From assembly GCA_023435895.1 (NCBI GenBank), contig JAEZLH010000021.1, forward strand, positions 13,997 to 77,996: a stretch of 64,000 nucleotides of DNA, read 5' to 3'. A program made the position numbers and the translations under genes. Source of the DNA: Bacillota bacterium. Its GTDB lineage: Bacteria; Bacillota; Clostridia; Lachnospirales; Lachnospiraceae. Positions 19,493-29,376 of this stretch are shown one piece after another. The notes under the pieces were generated by a model. It was not told the origin of the DNA. It ran no database searches and saw only the letters and a program-made list of their open reading frames with translations. How positions within the stretch are numbered: the first letter of the stretch is position 1; every line of letters begins with the position of its first letter.

Positions 19493-20167
19493 TTAAGCTT
19501 CTACCAGTTGATAACCTACGGAATGAACGGTTTTTATTCTTGCATTGCAATTGGCGACCTTGAGCCTTCGTCTGACGAAATATATATAATTGTCTATATT
19601 TCCATCTTCTACATAAGAATCTATTCCCCACACTCTAGAAAGAATTTGCTCTCTGGTAAGGATTTGTCCACGATTTCGGATCAGAAACTCCAATAAACAA
19701 GACTCTTTATTTGAGAGGGTAATACTTTTTGATTCTGTCTGTAAGGTATGTAAATCAGTATCTAATGAAAAATTGGAAAACTGAAGCAACGAATTATGTT
19801 CCATAGCACGTGGTCGCCTAGATAATGCTCGTATTCTAGCCAATAGCTCACCCATATCAAAGGGTTTTACAAGGTAATCATCCGCGCCAGCATCAAGGCC
19901 GTCAATTCGATCGTTGATTCCATTCATGGCGGTAACAAGGATAATCGGGGTGGTAATATTATTTTTGCGAAAGGTTTGTAAAATGGTTAAGCCATCCACT
20001 TCAGGAAGCATTCTGTCCAAAATTATAATATCATAGAAGGTGGAATTACAATAATAAATCGCCTCATCACCCTGTAAACAGCTATCCACCAAATAACCTT
20101 CCTTATTTAACTTAAAACATAACGCACTGCTCAAATCTTTATCATCCTCAATCAAAAGAATCTTCAT
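19493..20167 (-). CDS. OmpR/PhoB-family response regulator (module 1)
   Basis: IEDD, LDRMLP, GADDYLVKPF, winged-helix C-terminus. Confidence 0.95.
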   Translation of the reverse strand: MKILLIEDDKDLSSALCFKLNKEGYLVDSCLQGDEAIYYCNSTFYDIIILDRMLPEVDGLTILQTFRKNNITTPIILVTAMNGINDRIDGLDAGADDYLVKPFDMGELLARIRALSRRPRAMEHNSLLQFSNFSLDTDLHTLQTESKSITLSNKESCLLEFLIRNRGQILTREQILSRVWGIDSYVEDGNIDNYIYFVRRRLKVANCNARIKTVHSVGYQLVEA

Positions 20168-20199
20168 ATAATTCCCCCCACATTCTGTGAATTACGCTT

Positions 20200-20288
20200 A
20201 TTATAACATTATTTCACAACTATCTCTAATAATTCTCAAAAAATCCATCTTTAGAGATTTTTTAGATATTTAAACATTAAACTTAGAG
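20200..20288. promoter_or_regulatory. Divergent promoter with 11-bp-period TTAGAG repeats (putative response-regulator sites)
   Basis: CTCTAA 20224 / CTCAAA 20235; TTAGAG 20251 / TTAGAT 20262; TTAGAG 20283; minus-strand TGTTATAAT at 20200-20208. Confidence 0.65.
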
Positions 20289-20441
20289 GAAGAAAAGGCG
20301 ATAAAAAATATTGTGTCAATACCCTGTTTCAATTTAGTAAGACGTAATGTGTGCACATTATGATGCACTCTTTTTGAAGAATGTTTGACCCTTTATTAAG
20401 AACAATATTATGCTGTGGATAGCGGCGGATTGGAGTTAAGT

Positions 20442-22664
20442 ATGCGTATAAAAAAAGTGATATCAATCATTATGGTAAGCTTATTGTTTATTAGTGGAAT
20501 AACAGGCTGCAGCATGAGAGGTGACAAAGATAAAACAAATGATTCGGACAATCAGACTGCATTGGGAAAATATATGGAGGGAAATATTGAATTTCCAGAA
20601 GGGATTGCTTCTAGTGAGTACATATCACTTGCGAATAAGCCCGGTGGTGGGATGGAGCTATTTACACTCCAATATGGGAATTATGTGAAATATAATTATG
20701 AAAATAAGAAATGGGAAAAAGATAATGGGAATAGTCTGCAGAAATTTCATAGTAATCCGACCGCATCAAATTTAAAGGTAATTGATGTGTTTTATGGGCA
20801 AGATGATAAGCAGTACATACTTTGTGATAATAGTAATAACTGCAATGAGTTATATAGACAGACAGAAAATGAGAAGTATGAGCAGATCGATATTCCTAAA
20901 TTGAAAGAAGAATATGGAGACTTTAAAATACCAAGCAGACCGAAAAATATAACAGTGTTGAAGAATGGCTTGATTGCTGCAATCTACCTTCTGGGAGAGA
21001 TAGAAGTATATTCGTCGGATGGAAAGTCAGTGGTTAACACGTTTAATAGTACCAATTCCGGGAAAATCGCGGCAGATGGAAATAATCTTTATTATACGAA
21101 TCAAAAAGGTAATGAGATAATTATGATGGATATGGAAACCAATAAACAGGGAGCATCCAGAGAACTTAGTAAAAAATTGTCCGAAGAGACTATGTTAGAA
21201 GTTGACAATGGAGTGGTTTACCTGTGTGATAAGTCAGGAATACAGTTAAATAAAGAGGGTAGCTCAATTTGGGAGACACTTGTAGATGGCAATCAAAGCA
21301 AATTAAGTATGCCGTTGTATACCTTATCTAGATTTATACTAGGAACAGAGAGTGATTATTATCTGGTAATGAAAGAAGATAAAGGCGTAATGATTAATCG
21401 ATATTACTATGACCAAACTGTAAATTCAGTTCCCTCAAAAGAGCTTTCGATATTCTCGTTGAATGAAAGTAAAACAATCCGTCAAGCTATCTCTGTCTTT
21501 CAAGAAAGCCATCCAGATGTAAAGATGAATTATCAGGTAGCAAATTCAAAGCCAGTATCCTTAGAATACGGCGTTTCAAACTCAGAGGACTTGGCTGCTC
21601 AAACGGATTATGTGAATGCATTGAATACGGAGCTTCTGGCAAAAAAAGGAGCAGACATTCTTGTTCTTGATGGATTGCCAGTGGATTCCTATATAGAGAA
21701 AGGCGTTCTTGAAGATATGGGAAGTATATTTGCACCAAAGCTGGAATCGGGTGAACTGATGGAGAACATTGCTGATAATTATAAAAAAGATGATAAGGTA
21801 TATGTAATGCCGGTACGATTTGCCTTACCGATGATATATGGATGTTCAGATGCTGTAAATTCCACGGATACGCTGGAGAATTTAGCTACTTATGCTAAGA
21901 AGAATAGTAAGATTCCGTTACTTGCCCCAAGTAAGTACCGCTCATTGGCAGCATGGTTCCTATTGACCTATTATGATCAGATGATAAATAATAAAAATGA
22001 AATTGATAAAGAAATGTTCCGAAATTACCTGGAAGAGGTCAATCAGTTGGCGGTTAATATTGATGCTTCTGATGATGTAGATATTAATGGTGTAAATGAG
22101 GACGGAATAACAAAAGTTGGATATTGGATAAATTCTGCCTTGGTATTAAATAAGAAATTAGTTCGGACAAATATGGAGGAAATAGTAAATCTGGATAGTT
22201 TTGCAATCCCACTTGAGGCAACAAAAGAATGGAAGGGTTCCTATAAAGTAGTAAACAAGACTTACCGTGCAAGTTCATTGGTAGGAATGAACAGTGCAGG
22301 TACACAAAAGGATTTAGCGAAAGAATTTATACAACTATTATTCTCAAATGAAATACAAAGTCTAAATCTTGCGGATGGGTTCCCGATTGGGAAAGCAGCA
22401 TTGGAGGGCTGGATAAAGCAAGAGGAAGATAAAACTTACTCCATGAGTAACGAGGATGATACGATTAATGCTCCATATCCTGCACTTGAGGATAGAAATA
22501 AAATATATAAAGATATTTGTGCACTGTCACATCCAATGGTGAATGATACTGCGATTATAAATATGATATTAGAAGAGTCAGTACGTTATCTGAAAGGGGA
22601 TATTACTTCAGAACAGGCAACTGACAATGTGCTGAGTCGAATTAATAGATATTTGTCCGAATAG
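20442..22664 (+). CDS. Large lipoprotein: beta-rich N-terminal region plus C-terminal sugar-type solute-binding domain (module 1)
   Basis: Lipobox ITGC, GKYME, LNTELLAKKGADILVLDGLPVDSYIEKG, ends RYLSE. Confidence 0.8.
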   Translation: MRIKKVISIIMVSLLFISGITGCSMRGDKDKTNDSDNQTALGKYMEGNIEFPEGIASSEYISLANKPGGGMELFTLQYGNYVKYNYENKKWEKDNGNSLQKFHSNPTASNLKVIDVFYGQDDKQYILCDNSNNCNELYRQTENEKYEQIDIPKLKEEYGDFKIPSRPKNITVLKNGLIAAIYLLGEIEVYSSDGKSVVNTFNSTNSGKIAADGNNLYYTNQKGNEIIMMDMETNKQGASRELSKKLSEETMLEVDNGVVYLCDKSGIQLNKEGSSIWETLVDGNQSKLSMPLYTLSRFILGTESDYYLVMKEDKGVMINRYYYDQTVNSVPSKELSIFSLNESKTIRQAISVFQESHPDVKMNYQVANSKPVSLEYGVSNSEDLAAQTDYVNALNTELLAKKGADILVLDGLPVDSYIEKGVLEDMGSIFAPKLESGELMENIADNYKKDDKVYVMPVRFALPMIYGCSDAVNSTDTLENLATYAKKNSKIPLLAPSKYRSLAAWFLLTYYDQMINNKNEIDKEMFRNYLEEVNQLAVNIDASDDVDINGVNEDGITKVGYWINSALVLNKKLVRTNMEEIVNLDSFAIPLEATKEWKGSYKVVNKTYRASSLVGMNSAGTQKDLAKEFIQLLFSNEIQSLNLADGFPIGKAALEGWIKQEEDKTYSMSNEDDTINAPYPALEDRNKIYKDICALSHPMVNDTAIINMILEESVRYLKGDITSEQATDNVLSRINRYLSE

Positions 22665-22674
22665 GTAGGTTAAG

Positions 22675-23520
22675 ATGAAGCAAACAAAAATAGCATGGTT
22701 TTTCTTGGCACCAAGCTTTATTGGAGTAATTATATTTGTATTACTGCCGTTTGGGGATGTAGTTCGAAGATCTTTTTCGGAAGCGATGAGTGGAAAATTC
22801 GTAGGAGTCGATAACTATAATACAGTGCTTCACAATGAAGCATTTCAAAGAGCGGTGCAGAATACCACAAGATTCATCATCACCTGTGTACCAATTCTTT
22901 TACTGTTATCACTCGCATTATCGGTCATGATTTATAATTTGAATAAGCATAGAGATATCTTTAAAACCTCATTTCTTATTCCTATGGCCATCCCTGTTTC
23001 ATCTGCCGTATTTCTATGGAAAGTAATCTTCCATCAAAATGGTCTTTTAAATGGAATACTTTCTAAGGTGGGGATAGAAGGTTGCGACTGGATTAGCTCT
23101 AGAGCTTTTCCAGTCCTAGTGTTTAGCTATATATGGAAGAATATCGGCTATGATATGGTGCTTTGGCTTGCGGGATTAAACGGAATATCAAAAACACTGT
23201 ACGAAGCCGCCGGAGTGGATGGGGCGAATGCCTGGAAGAAATTTTGGTACATAACATTACCGGGCTTGTTGCCTACTCTTTTTATCGTGTCCGTACTATC
23301 TATACTAAATGCTTTTAAGGTATTTCGAGAAGCTTATTTGATAGCCGGAGCATATCCAAGCGATGATAATATTTATATGCTTCAACATCTGTTCAATAAT
23401 TGGTTCACATCCTTAGATATTCAAAAAATGAGTGCGGCAGCAGTTATGGTTGCAATGGTTATTATTGCTGTCATTTTGATATTACAGCGACTGGATAGAA
23501 AGAGTGGTGGTGAAGAGTGA
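22675..23520 (+). CDS. Sugar-type ABC permease (MalF-like, module 1)
   Basis: YEAAGVDGA, WKNIGY, FKVFREAY. Confidence 0.9.
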   Translation: MKQTKIAWFFLAPSFIGVIIFVLLPFGDVVRRSFSEAMSGKFVGVDNYNTVLHNEAFQRAVQNTTRFIITCVPILLLLSLALSVMIYNLNKHRDIFKTSFLIPMAIPVSSAVFLWKVIFHQNGLLNGILSKVGIEGCDWISSRAFPVLVFSYIWKNIGYDMVLWLAGLNGISKTLYEAAGVDGANAWKKFWYITLPGLLPTLFIVSVLSILNAFKVFREAYLIAGAYPSDDNIYMLQHLFNNWFTSLDIQKMSAAAVMVAMVIIAVILILQRLDRKSGGEE

Positions 23521-24377
23521 AAAAGATATTTTCAAGTAGTATGAAAAAATTGAATGTAATGCTACTTATGGCCTTCTCTTTGCTTACAGTACTTCCACTG
23601 TGGTTTATTATAACCGGTTCCTTCATGGGTAGTGCTGAATTTGCAGACAATTTCCAAACTGTATTGGACAATACTACGGGTAAAGTATCCTGGCCGTTCT
23701 TACCTGCCTACCCCACCCTTCGCTCCTATGTGGAACTGTTACTTGATTCACCAAGATTTTTTGTGGTGTTTTGGAACTCCTGCAAACAAGTTATTCCATC
23801 ACTATTTGGACAATTGTTGATTGCAGTTCCTGCTGCCTGGAGTTTTGCTCAGTTTGACTTTAGATGGAAAAAGGCAGTGTTTACACTATATATCGTATTG
23901 ATGGTTATGCCATATCAGGTAACAATGGTATCTTCTTATCTGATACTGGATCGAATGAACTTACTAGACAGTCATTTATCCATTATTATACCGGCCACTT
24001 TCTCTACCTTTCCAGTGTTTATCATGGTAAAGTTCTTTAAATCAATCCCGAAAGCCCTGATTGAAGCGGCGCGAATAGATGGAGCAAGTGAGTGGAGAAT
24101 ATTTTGGAACATTGGTGTGCCGATTGGAGCAGTCGGAATCTTGTCCGCAATGATTTTGGATTTTTTGGAACTATGGAATGCTATCGAACAACCACTTAAT
24201 TTTTTAAAAACAAAAAGCTTATGGCCGTTAACCCTATATCTTCCCAGTATATCCTCAGATAAGGCAGGAATAACGCTGGTTGCTTCAGTGATTATGCTTT
24301 TGCCAGCACTATTACTTTTTCTTTATGGTCAAAGATATCTGGAAGAGGGGATTATGGTATCAGGGCTGAATGAATAG
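23517..24377 (+). CDS. Sugar-type ABC permease (MalG-like, module 1)
   Basis: IEAARIDGA, WNAIEQP; 4-bp GTGA overlap with the upstream gene. Confidence 0.9.
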   Translation: MKKIFSSSMKKLNVMLLMAFSLLTVLPLWFIITGSFMGSAEFADNFQTVLDNTTGKVSWPFLPAYPTLRSYVELLLDSPRFFVVFWNSCKQVIPSLFGQLLIAVPAAWSFAQFDFRWKKAVFTLYIVLMVMPYQVTMVSSYLILDRMNLLDSHLSIIIPATFSTFPVFIMVKFFKSIPKALIEAARIDGASEWRIFWNIGVPIGAVGILSAMILDFLELWNAIEQPLNFLKTKSLWPLTLYLPSISSDKAGITLVASVIMLLPALLLFLYGQRYLEEGIMVSGLNE

Positions 24378-24413
24378 AAGGGTAATTAGTCACATAAATG
24401 GAAGGAGGTTATT

Positions 24414-25577
24414 ATGGTACAAAGTATTCGAAAATTTCTTCATGGGGAATATGCGAAAACATTATCCGTTCAAGCAAAAAACAAAAACAGAAAGACCTCA
24501 CTTTCCGGTGTGGCAGGGAAAATCTTAATTGTTTTTTTTGCGGCAATGCTTTTGTTCACCTTGGTATCACGAGCCAGCGAATCAATTACCGTAGCTCGTG
24601 TGGTAGTTGAAAATCCGAGGAGGGATAGTATAATACATACCCTGACCGGTGAGGGGAAGGTAGTGTTGGAGAAAGAGGAAAAAGTTCCAGTTATTGCTGG
24701 TTATCGCATTGACAAGGTCTTTATCTCACCGGGAGAACCCATTAGCACAAATACAGTTTTATTTTGTTATAGCGCTGAGGACTTACAAAGAAAATATGAC
24801 TCGATCAAAGTTGATATAGAGAAAATTAAAATTCAGGTGGAACAAGCGCAGCTTCAATATGAGATTGCGAAGCATGCAGCTTCGGATCGTATTTCTTTAA
24901 ATAGAAAAAGTAATAGGATTATTCAGCTGACGGTTCAAAGCTATCAATTAGATTTAAAAGAAAAGAAAAAAGAACTGGAGAGTGTAAAAGCACTCCTGAA
25001 AACCTCCGGGAAAGTATCCTCCCCTTACGAAGGGATTAGTTCTTTTATGGGTATTGAAGAAGGGAAGATTACCACAGGAGAAGAGCTGGTGAAGGTAGCT
25101 GTGGGAGATTATATATTAAAAGCAGAATTTGATAGAGAACAGGCTGTTAATGTAGAAGTAGGAAGTAAAGCAAAGATTACCATAGCTGGTGGAGCCGAAG
25201 ACAGCATTAAAACGGAGATAAATAAAATAAGGATAAATGAAAATGGGAAATCAGAGCTAGAAGCGGCATTACCCAAGAAGGATTATTGGATGGGAGAAGG
25301 GGCTAGATTTAAAGTGACCTCACAATCAGAAAGGTTTGAGTTGTGTGTTCCAATCCAGGCGCTTCATGAGAGTGCCAATAATCAATATTATGTGTTAGTG
25401 ACGAAGGAAGAAAAAGATATACTTGGTAATGTATTAGTTGCAACTAGGGTAAATGTTAGTATTATTGATAAAAATAATTCTACTGTGGCTGTAGAAGGAA
25501 CACTATCCCAAAATGATAATGTAATTATTGATAGCAGTAAATATATTGATGATGGAGACAAGGTACGAATAAGTTAG
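24414..25577 (+). CDS. Membrane-fusion (HlyD/RND-type) adaptor protein (module 1)
   Basis: N-terminal TM, lipoyl halves flanking a coiled coil (VSSPYEG), VPIQALH, DGDKVRI. Confidence 0.8.
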   Translation: MVQSIRKFLHGEYAKTLSVQAKNKNRKTSLSGVAGKILIVFFAAMLLFTLVSRASESITVARVVVENPRRDSIIHTLTGEGKVVLEKEEKVPVIAGYRIDKVFISPGEPISTNTVLFCYSAEDLQRKYDSIKVDIEKIKIQVEQAQLQYEIAKHAASDRISLNRKSNRIIQLTVQSYQLDLKEKKKELESVKALLKTSGKVSSPYEGISSFMGIEEGKITTGEELVKVAVGDYILKAEFDREQAVNVEVGSKAKITIAGGAEDSIKTEINKIRINENGKSELEAALPKKDYWMGEGARFKVTSQSERFELCVPIQALHESANNQYYVLVTKEEKDILGNVLVATRVNVSIIDKNNSTVAVEGTLSQNDNVIIDSSKYIDDGDKVRIS

Positions 25578-25595
25578 TGGTGGGGAGAATGTGCT

Positions 25596-26687
25596 ATGAA
25601 GCAGAGCAGGATTTTAGGCAGCAACCACAGGAATAAAGTTCGGAAGCTCTTTACTCTTTTACTTGGCGTGTTTTGTTGGGTAGTGGCCATTATAAATCAG
25701 AGATACCTGGCAGAGTATCACGGAGCGGTTAGCGTGCGAAATGGGGAGGCTATATTTACAAAGCAAGCCATAGAGAATGTGGTTGAGGATATGACGCAAA
25801 GGAAGGATTCCAATATTCCTGAGATTACACTTTGGAAGAAAGAAAAGGATGTTCTATGTGCGAATGAAAGGATAAATACTTCTTTAACGCTTAGTTTAGT
25901 AACGGTAGCAGGTGATATCAATAGGATATATCCTGAACCTATGCTATATGGGAATGCTTTATTTAATGAGGATTATGAAGGCTGCATCATTGATAGGAAT
26001 ACTGCATATAAGCTATTTCGCTCTGAGAGTGTCGTAGGAATGAAGATCAACACAGCCGGAAGAGAATTTATCATAAGAGGGGTAGTAAAGCCGACAGAAG
26101 GCCATGCAATGATAATTCGAGCTAATAAGCCGGAGCTGGCAGAAGAAAAAGTAGTAAAATACAGTTGTATGGAGCTTGTTTTTTCTAATGCTCAAAATGC
26201 TACCACTTCAGCGAAAAAGTTTGTTTCTGTGAGTGGTAATGGTAATGATAACTCAACTTATTATATTGACGGTTATCTTTATCAGAAGCTTGCAGAACGT
26301 CTGATTCATATTCCTATTTGGTTTATTGCCCTGTTTATAATAGGAATTTTTATTATCAGGGTTAATTCATGGAAGGCTTCGCCTATACTGTTTTTTGGAG
26401 GCTGCCTGATGGTTATTATACTTGGTATTATAATGACGAAGCTAACGGATTTTCATCTATATTATCCGAACTCTTTAATTCCAAACAGGTGGTCGGATTT
26501 TGATTTTTGGGTAAGGCAATGGAAGGAAATGATGTCATCTCTAAAGGAGAGATCAGAGATGATTCAATACGGTAAAGAAATAATGCTTAGGAAAAGATAT
26601 CTCAATGTAGTAGGGGGAGTGGTGATTGCTGTAATAGTGGAAGGATTTTTGATAAAGGATTATTGTTTTGGAACACGAAAGTTGTAA
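25596..26687 (+). CDS. MacB-like extracytoplasmic core domain membrane protein (module 1)
   Basis: N-terminal TM, CIIDRNTAYKLF...VVGMKI...FIIRGVV, about three C-terminal TM segments, IPNRWSDF. Confidence 0.7.
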   Translation: MKQSRILGSNHRNKVRKLFTLLLGVFCWVVAIINQRYLAEYHGAVSVRNGEAIFTKQAIENVVEDMTQRKDSNIPEITLWKKEKDVLCANERINTSLTLSLVTVAGDINRIYPEPMLYGNALFNEDYEGCIIDRNTAYKLFRSESVVGMKINTAGREFIIRGVVKPTEGHAMIIRANKPELAEEKVVKYSCMELVFSNAQNATTSAKKFVSVSGNGNDNSTYYIDGYLYQKLAERLIHIPIWFIALFIIGIFIIRVNSWKASPILFFGGCLMVIILGIIMTKLTDFHLYYPNSLIPNRWSDFDFWVRQWKEMMSSLKERSEMIQYGKEIMLRKRYLNVVGGVVIAVIVEGFLIKDYCFGTRKL

Positions 26688-26873
26688 ATAATATATTGTG
26701 CAATTATTGGAGTGGATTTGGAGAAAGATTTAAAATTATAGATAGGATAACGGACTTTTCATCTTATAGCGCTTAGGGAAGGGGGATTAAATTTAATTTG
26801 ATATTAAATTACATTTATGGTACAGTTTTACATGAGTGTAAAGGGTACTAAAGTAGGTAGTGGAGGAAAAATA

Positions 26874-28400
26874 ATGTTTACTAATGTAAAGGAAGTAAAG
26901 AAGAAAAAGAAAAATTTTGGTTTATCTTTTATCGCAATATGTTTATTATTTATTACAGTGATAATACCCAGATCAAATGTATATGCAGAGGACAAGAGTG
27001 TTTTACTAAATAAGAGCGAAACACTTTCATATTATGATAAGAGTTATGTTATCAGTCTTAAACATAAAAGTGATATTAAAATTGAAATTACGGTAAATAA
27101 TGATGACATATTTACTGATAGGGAGTTAGGAGTTTCATTATTCAAGAATACGGAAAAGCATAATTCTAATAATTTTGATTTTTTTTATGATGAAGATTAT
27201 GCAGACTATAATTGGATATGTAATTTGAATGAAGATTCGAGTATGGGAATTTTGGAGAAGAATATAACTTTGGAAGCGGGAACACATGCAATTTATTTAT
27301 GGGCGCCGTATTATACTATGGATTATACCATAAAAATTTCTGATTCTACAAAATATATGACCGATATGACAATTCCATTAACTCACAAAATGGTAGTAGG
27401 AGATACAAATTATTTAGCAATATCTAATAAAAAGCCTATAAATGGATTTGAAGATATTTCTTGGAGTTCTAGTAATACAAATATTGCAGAAGTACATAAA
27501 ACTACTGGTGCGATTAAAGCAAAGAAGAAAGGAAAAGCAATAGTAACCGCAGTTTTAAGAAATGGTAAAAAATATAAATGTGATGTGGATGTAATTGATA
27601 ATCTGATGAAGAAAACATCAGTAACTCTGTTGAAAGGAAAAAGTACGACGTTAAGTTTAAAAGCTAAAAAACCCAATGTAAAATGGTCGTCTAGCAACAA
27701 TAAAGTAGTGAAGGTAACATCTTCAGGGAAAGTAAGTGCAATTGCTTCTGGAAAGGCAGTTATAACTGCAAAAGTGGATGGTATTTCTTATAGTTGTAAT
27801 GTTACAGTGGAAGATCCTAAATTAAATAAAACAAAAATTTCTATTTATACAATAGATACGCTAAAATTAACGCTTAACAATGCGTCTGGTAAAGTAACAT
27901 GGAGTTCAAGTAAAAAATCTGTTGCAACAGTAGATGATACTGGAAAAGTTTCTGCAAAATCGTCTGGGACAGCTATAATAACAGCGATATATGCTGGAAG
28001 TAAATTTACATGTAAAGTTACGGTTGTTAAAACTCCTCCTATTATAATTGAGGAGGTGGGGTGGGATATTAATTTCTTAGGAGGGGTGGAACCTTATATT
28101 TACTTGACGAACACTACCAATAAAGATATTAAATATATAGATATTTATACAGAGTATTATAATAGTGTTGGCGATCCAGCAATATGCGAAATACAGGATA
28201 CTAATAAAATAACTTTAAATATCACTGGGCCTATAAAGAAAAAGACAAAAAATTATGAGGCTTATTGGGATGCAGTTATTTATAATGATAATATGGCAGC
28301 TATGAAAATTACAAAAATGAAGATTACATATATGGATAAATCCACTCAAAATATAACAATAAATAAACTTTGGAGTGATGAAAATTATTACTATCATTAA
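26874..28400 (+). CDS. Secreted protein with three bacterial Ig-like (Big_2) domains
   Basis: Signal peptide ending VYA; repeats WSSSNTNIAEV, WSSSNNKVVKV, WSSSKKSVATV each followed by G(K/T)AxxTA. Confidence 0.85.
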   Translation: MFTNVKEVKKKKKNFGLSFIAICLLFITVIIPRSNVYAEDKSVLLNKSETLSYYDKSYVISLKHKSDIKIEITVNNDDIFTDRELGVSLFKNTEKHNSNNFDFFYDEDYADYNWICNLNEDSSMGILEKNITLEAGTHAIYLWAPYYTMDYTIKISDSTKYMTDMTIPLTHKMVVGDTNYLAISNKKPINGFEDISWSSSNTNIAEVHKTTGAIKAKKKGKAIVTAVLRNGKKYKCDVDVIDNLMKKTSVTLLKGKSTTLSLKAKKPNVKWSSSNNKVVKVTSSGKVSAIASGKAVITAKVDGISYSCNVTVEDPKLNKTKISIYTIDTLKLTLNNASGKVTWSSSKKSVATVDDTGKVSAKSSGTAIITAIYAGSKFTCKVTVVKTPPIIIEEVGWDINFLGGVEPYIYLTNTTNKDIKYIDIYTEYYNSVGDPAICEIQDTNKITLNITGPIKKKTKNYEAYWDAVIYNDNMAAMKITKMKITYMDKSTQNITINKLWSDENYYYH

Positions 28401-28492
28401 TCAAGAACTTCAAAAGGACATAAATGGAAAAATACTCTAATTACCCGTTACTATGAATCCAAAACTTAACACTAAACTAATTGTATATAGTT

Positions 28493-28524
28493 AAAAAGGG
28501 AAAACTGATGCGTTTTCCCTTTTT
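28493..28524. terminator. Bidirectional intrinsic terminator
   Basis: AAAAAGGGAAAAC-TGATGC-GTTTTCCCTTTTT. Confidence 0.85.
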
Positions 28525-28639
28525 GACTATACACTAATAAATTCATTTTGAAACTCCTCCTATAAAGGAATGGCCCCTTTAAGAGGTAATCTTTTAATAT
28601 GGACCCATATACTTTGGATAAATGGATCAAAGTATTTCA

Positions 28640-28894
28640 TCAGCGATAGCATTTTTTACAAGGTTTCAGTCCTCTGGCTTTTGCTTTTTTCAAAGTTGTT
28701 TTTGTGAATTTACCATTGCCACACTTATGAGTGTGATATTTTTTCCCAGTAGGTGTTACATAAACATATGTTGTTTTCGCCTGAACCTGTGTAACCGTAG
28801 GCATATGTAGTGTCGTTGATACAACGTCAGGAGACACTGTCACCAAAGATAGGGATAGAACAATGGTTATTAATAATTTCTTGATTCGCTTCAT
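28640..28894 (-). CDS. Small basic secreted protein with an Ada-like Cys/His metal-binding domain
   Basis: Signal peptide; VYVTPTGKKYH...C...GLKPCKKC; GGAGG RBS before MKRIKK. Confidence 0.75.
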   Translation of the reverse strand: MKRIKKLLITIVLSLSLVTVSPDVVSTTLHMPTVTQVQAKTTYVYVTPTGKKYHTHKCGNGKFTKTTLKKAKARGLKPCKKCYR

Positions 28895-29109
28895 TTCGTC
28901 ACCTCCCCCCGGCTCTATTTTAGCACAATATACAAAAGTATCCAATAATTTTGTTGGATATTACTGTATAAAAAAGTATTTTTTAAGATAAAGATCATAT
29001 GGAATGAATGATTAATTGAACGAATAACTGAACAAGTGATAAAGAAGTATATACAAAAGCAGAAGGAAGTGTCAAAGCAGAAGAATTAAAGAAGAATAAG
29101 AATTTATTT

Positions 29110-29260
29110 TGAGACAGATGGTAACAATGTTCGAGGAACTTTCTAGGTGGGCATGCAACCAGCCCCTATAAAACTAATTACAAGCTAACACTTGAATTGG
29201 TGGTGGATGACTAGGGTTATGTCTCACTAATTCGTAACACATGGCGAAGATATGGTAAAA
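29110..29260 (+). mobile_element. Structured non-coding segment, possible orphan left end of an IS110-family element
   Basis: GC-richer than flanks; TGAGACA (29110) can pair with TGTCTCA (29220); internal hairpins; recalled resemblance to clostridial IS110 leaders; no transposase follows. Confidence 0.35.
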
Positions 29261-29376
29261 TTGATTTGATACTGTATTGTGGATGTGGTATAATTTGACA
29301 TAATTGTTTGATATATAGGGCTATTGGTAGAAGAGGATTTTTATTATTTGTCAAAAGATACAAAGGAGAAAAAATT

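Noticed and set aside
19470..19631. Extended N-terminus of the histidine kinase (likewise ORF-track starts at 32930, 55928, 58011)
   Set aside because: Deep overlap with neighbouring genes; better starts with RBS-like sequences lie downstream.
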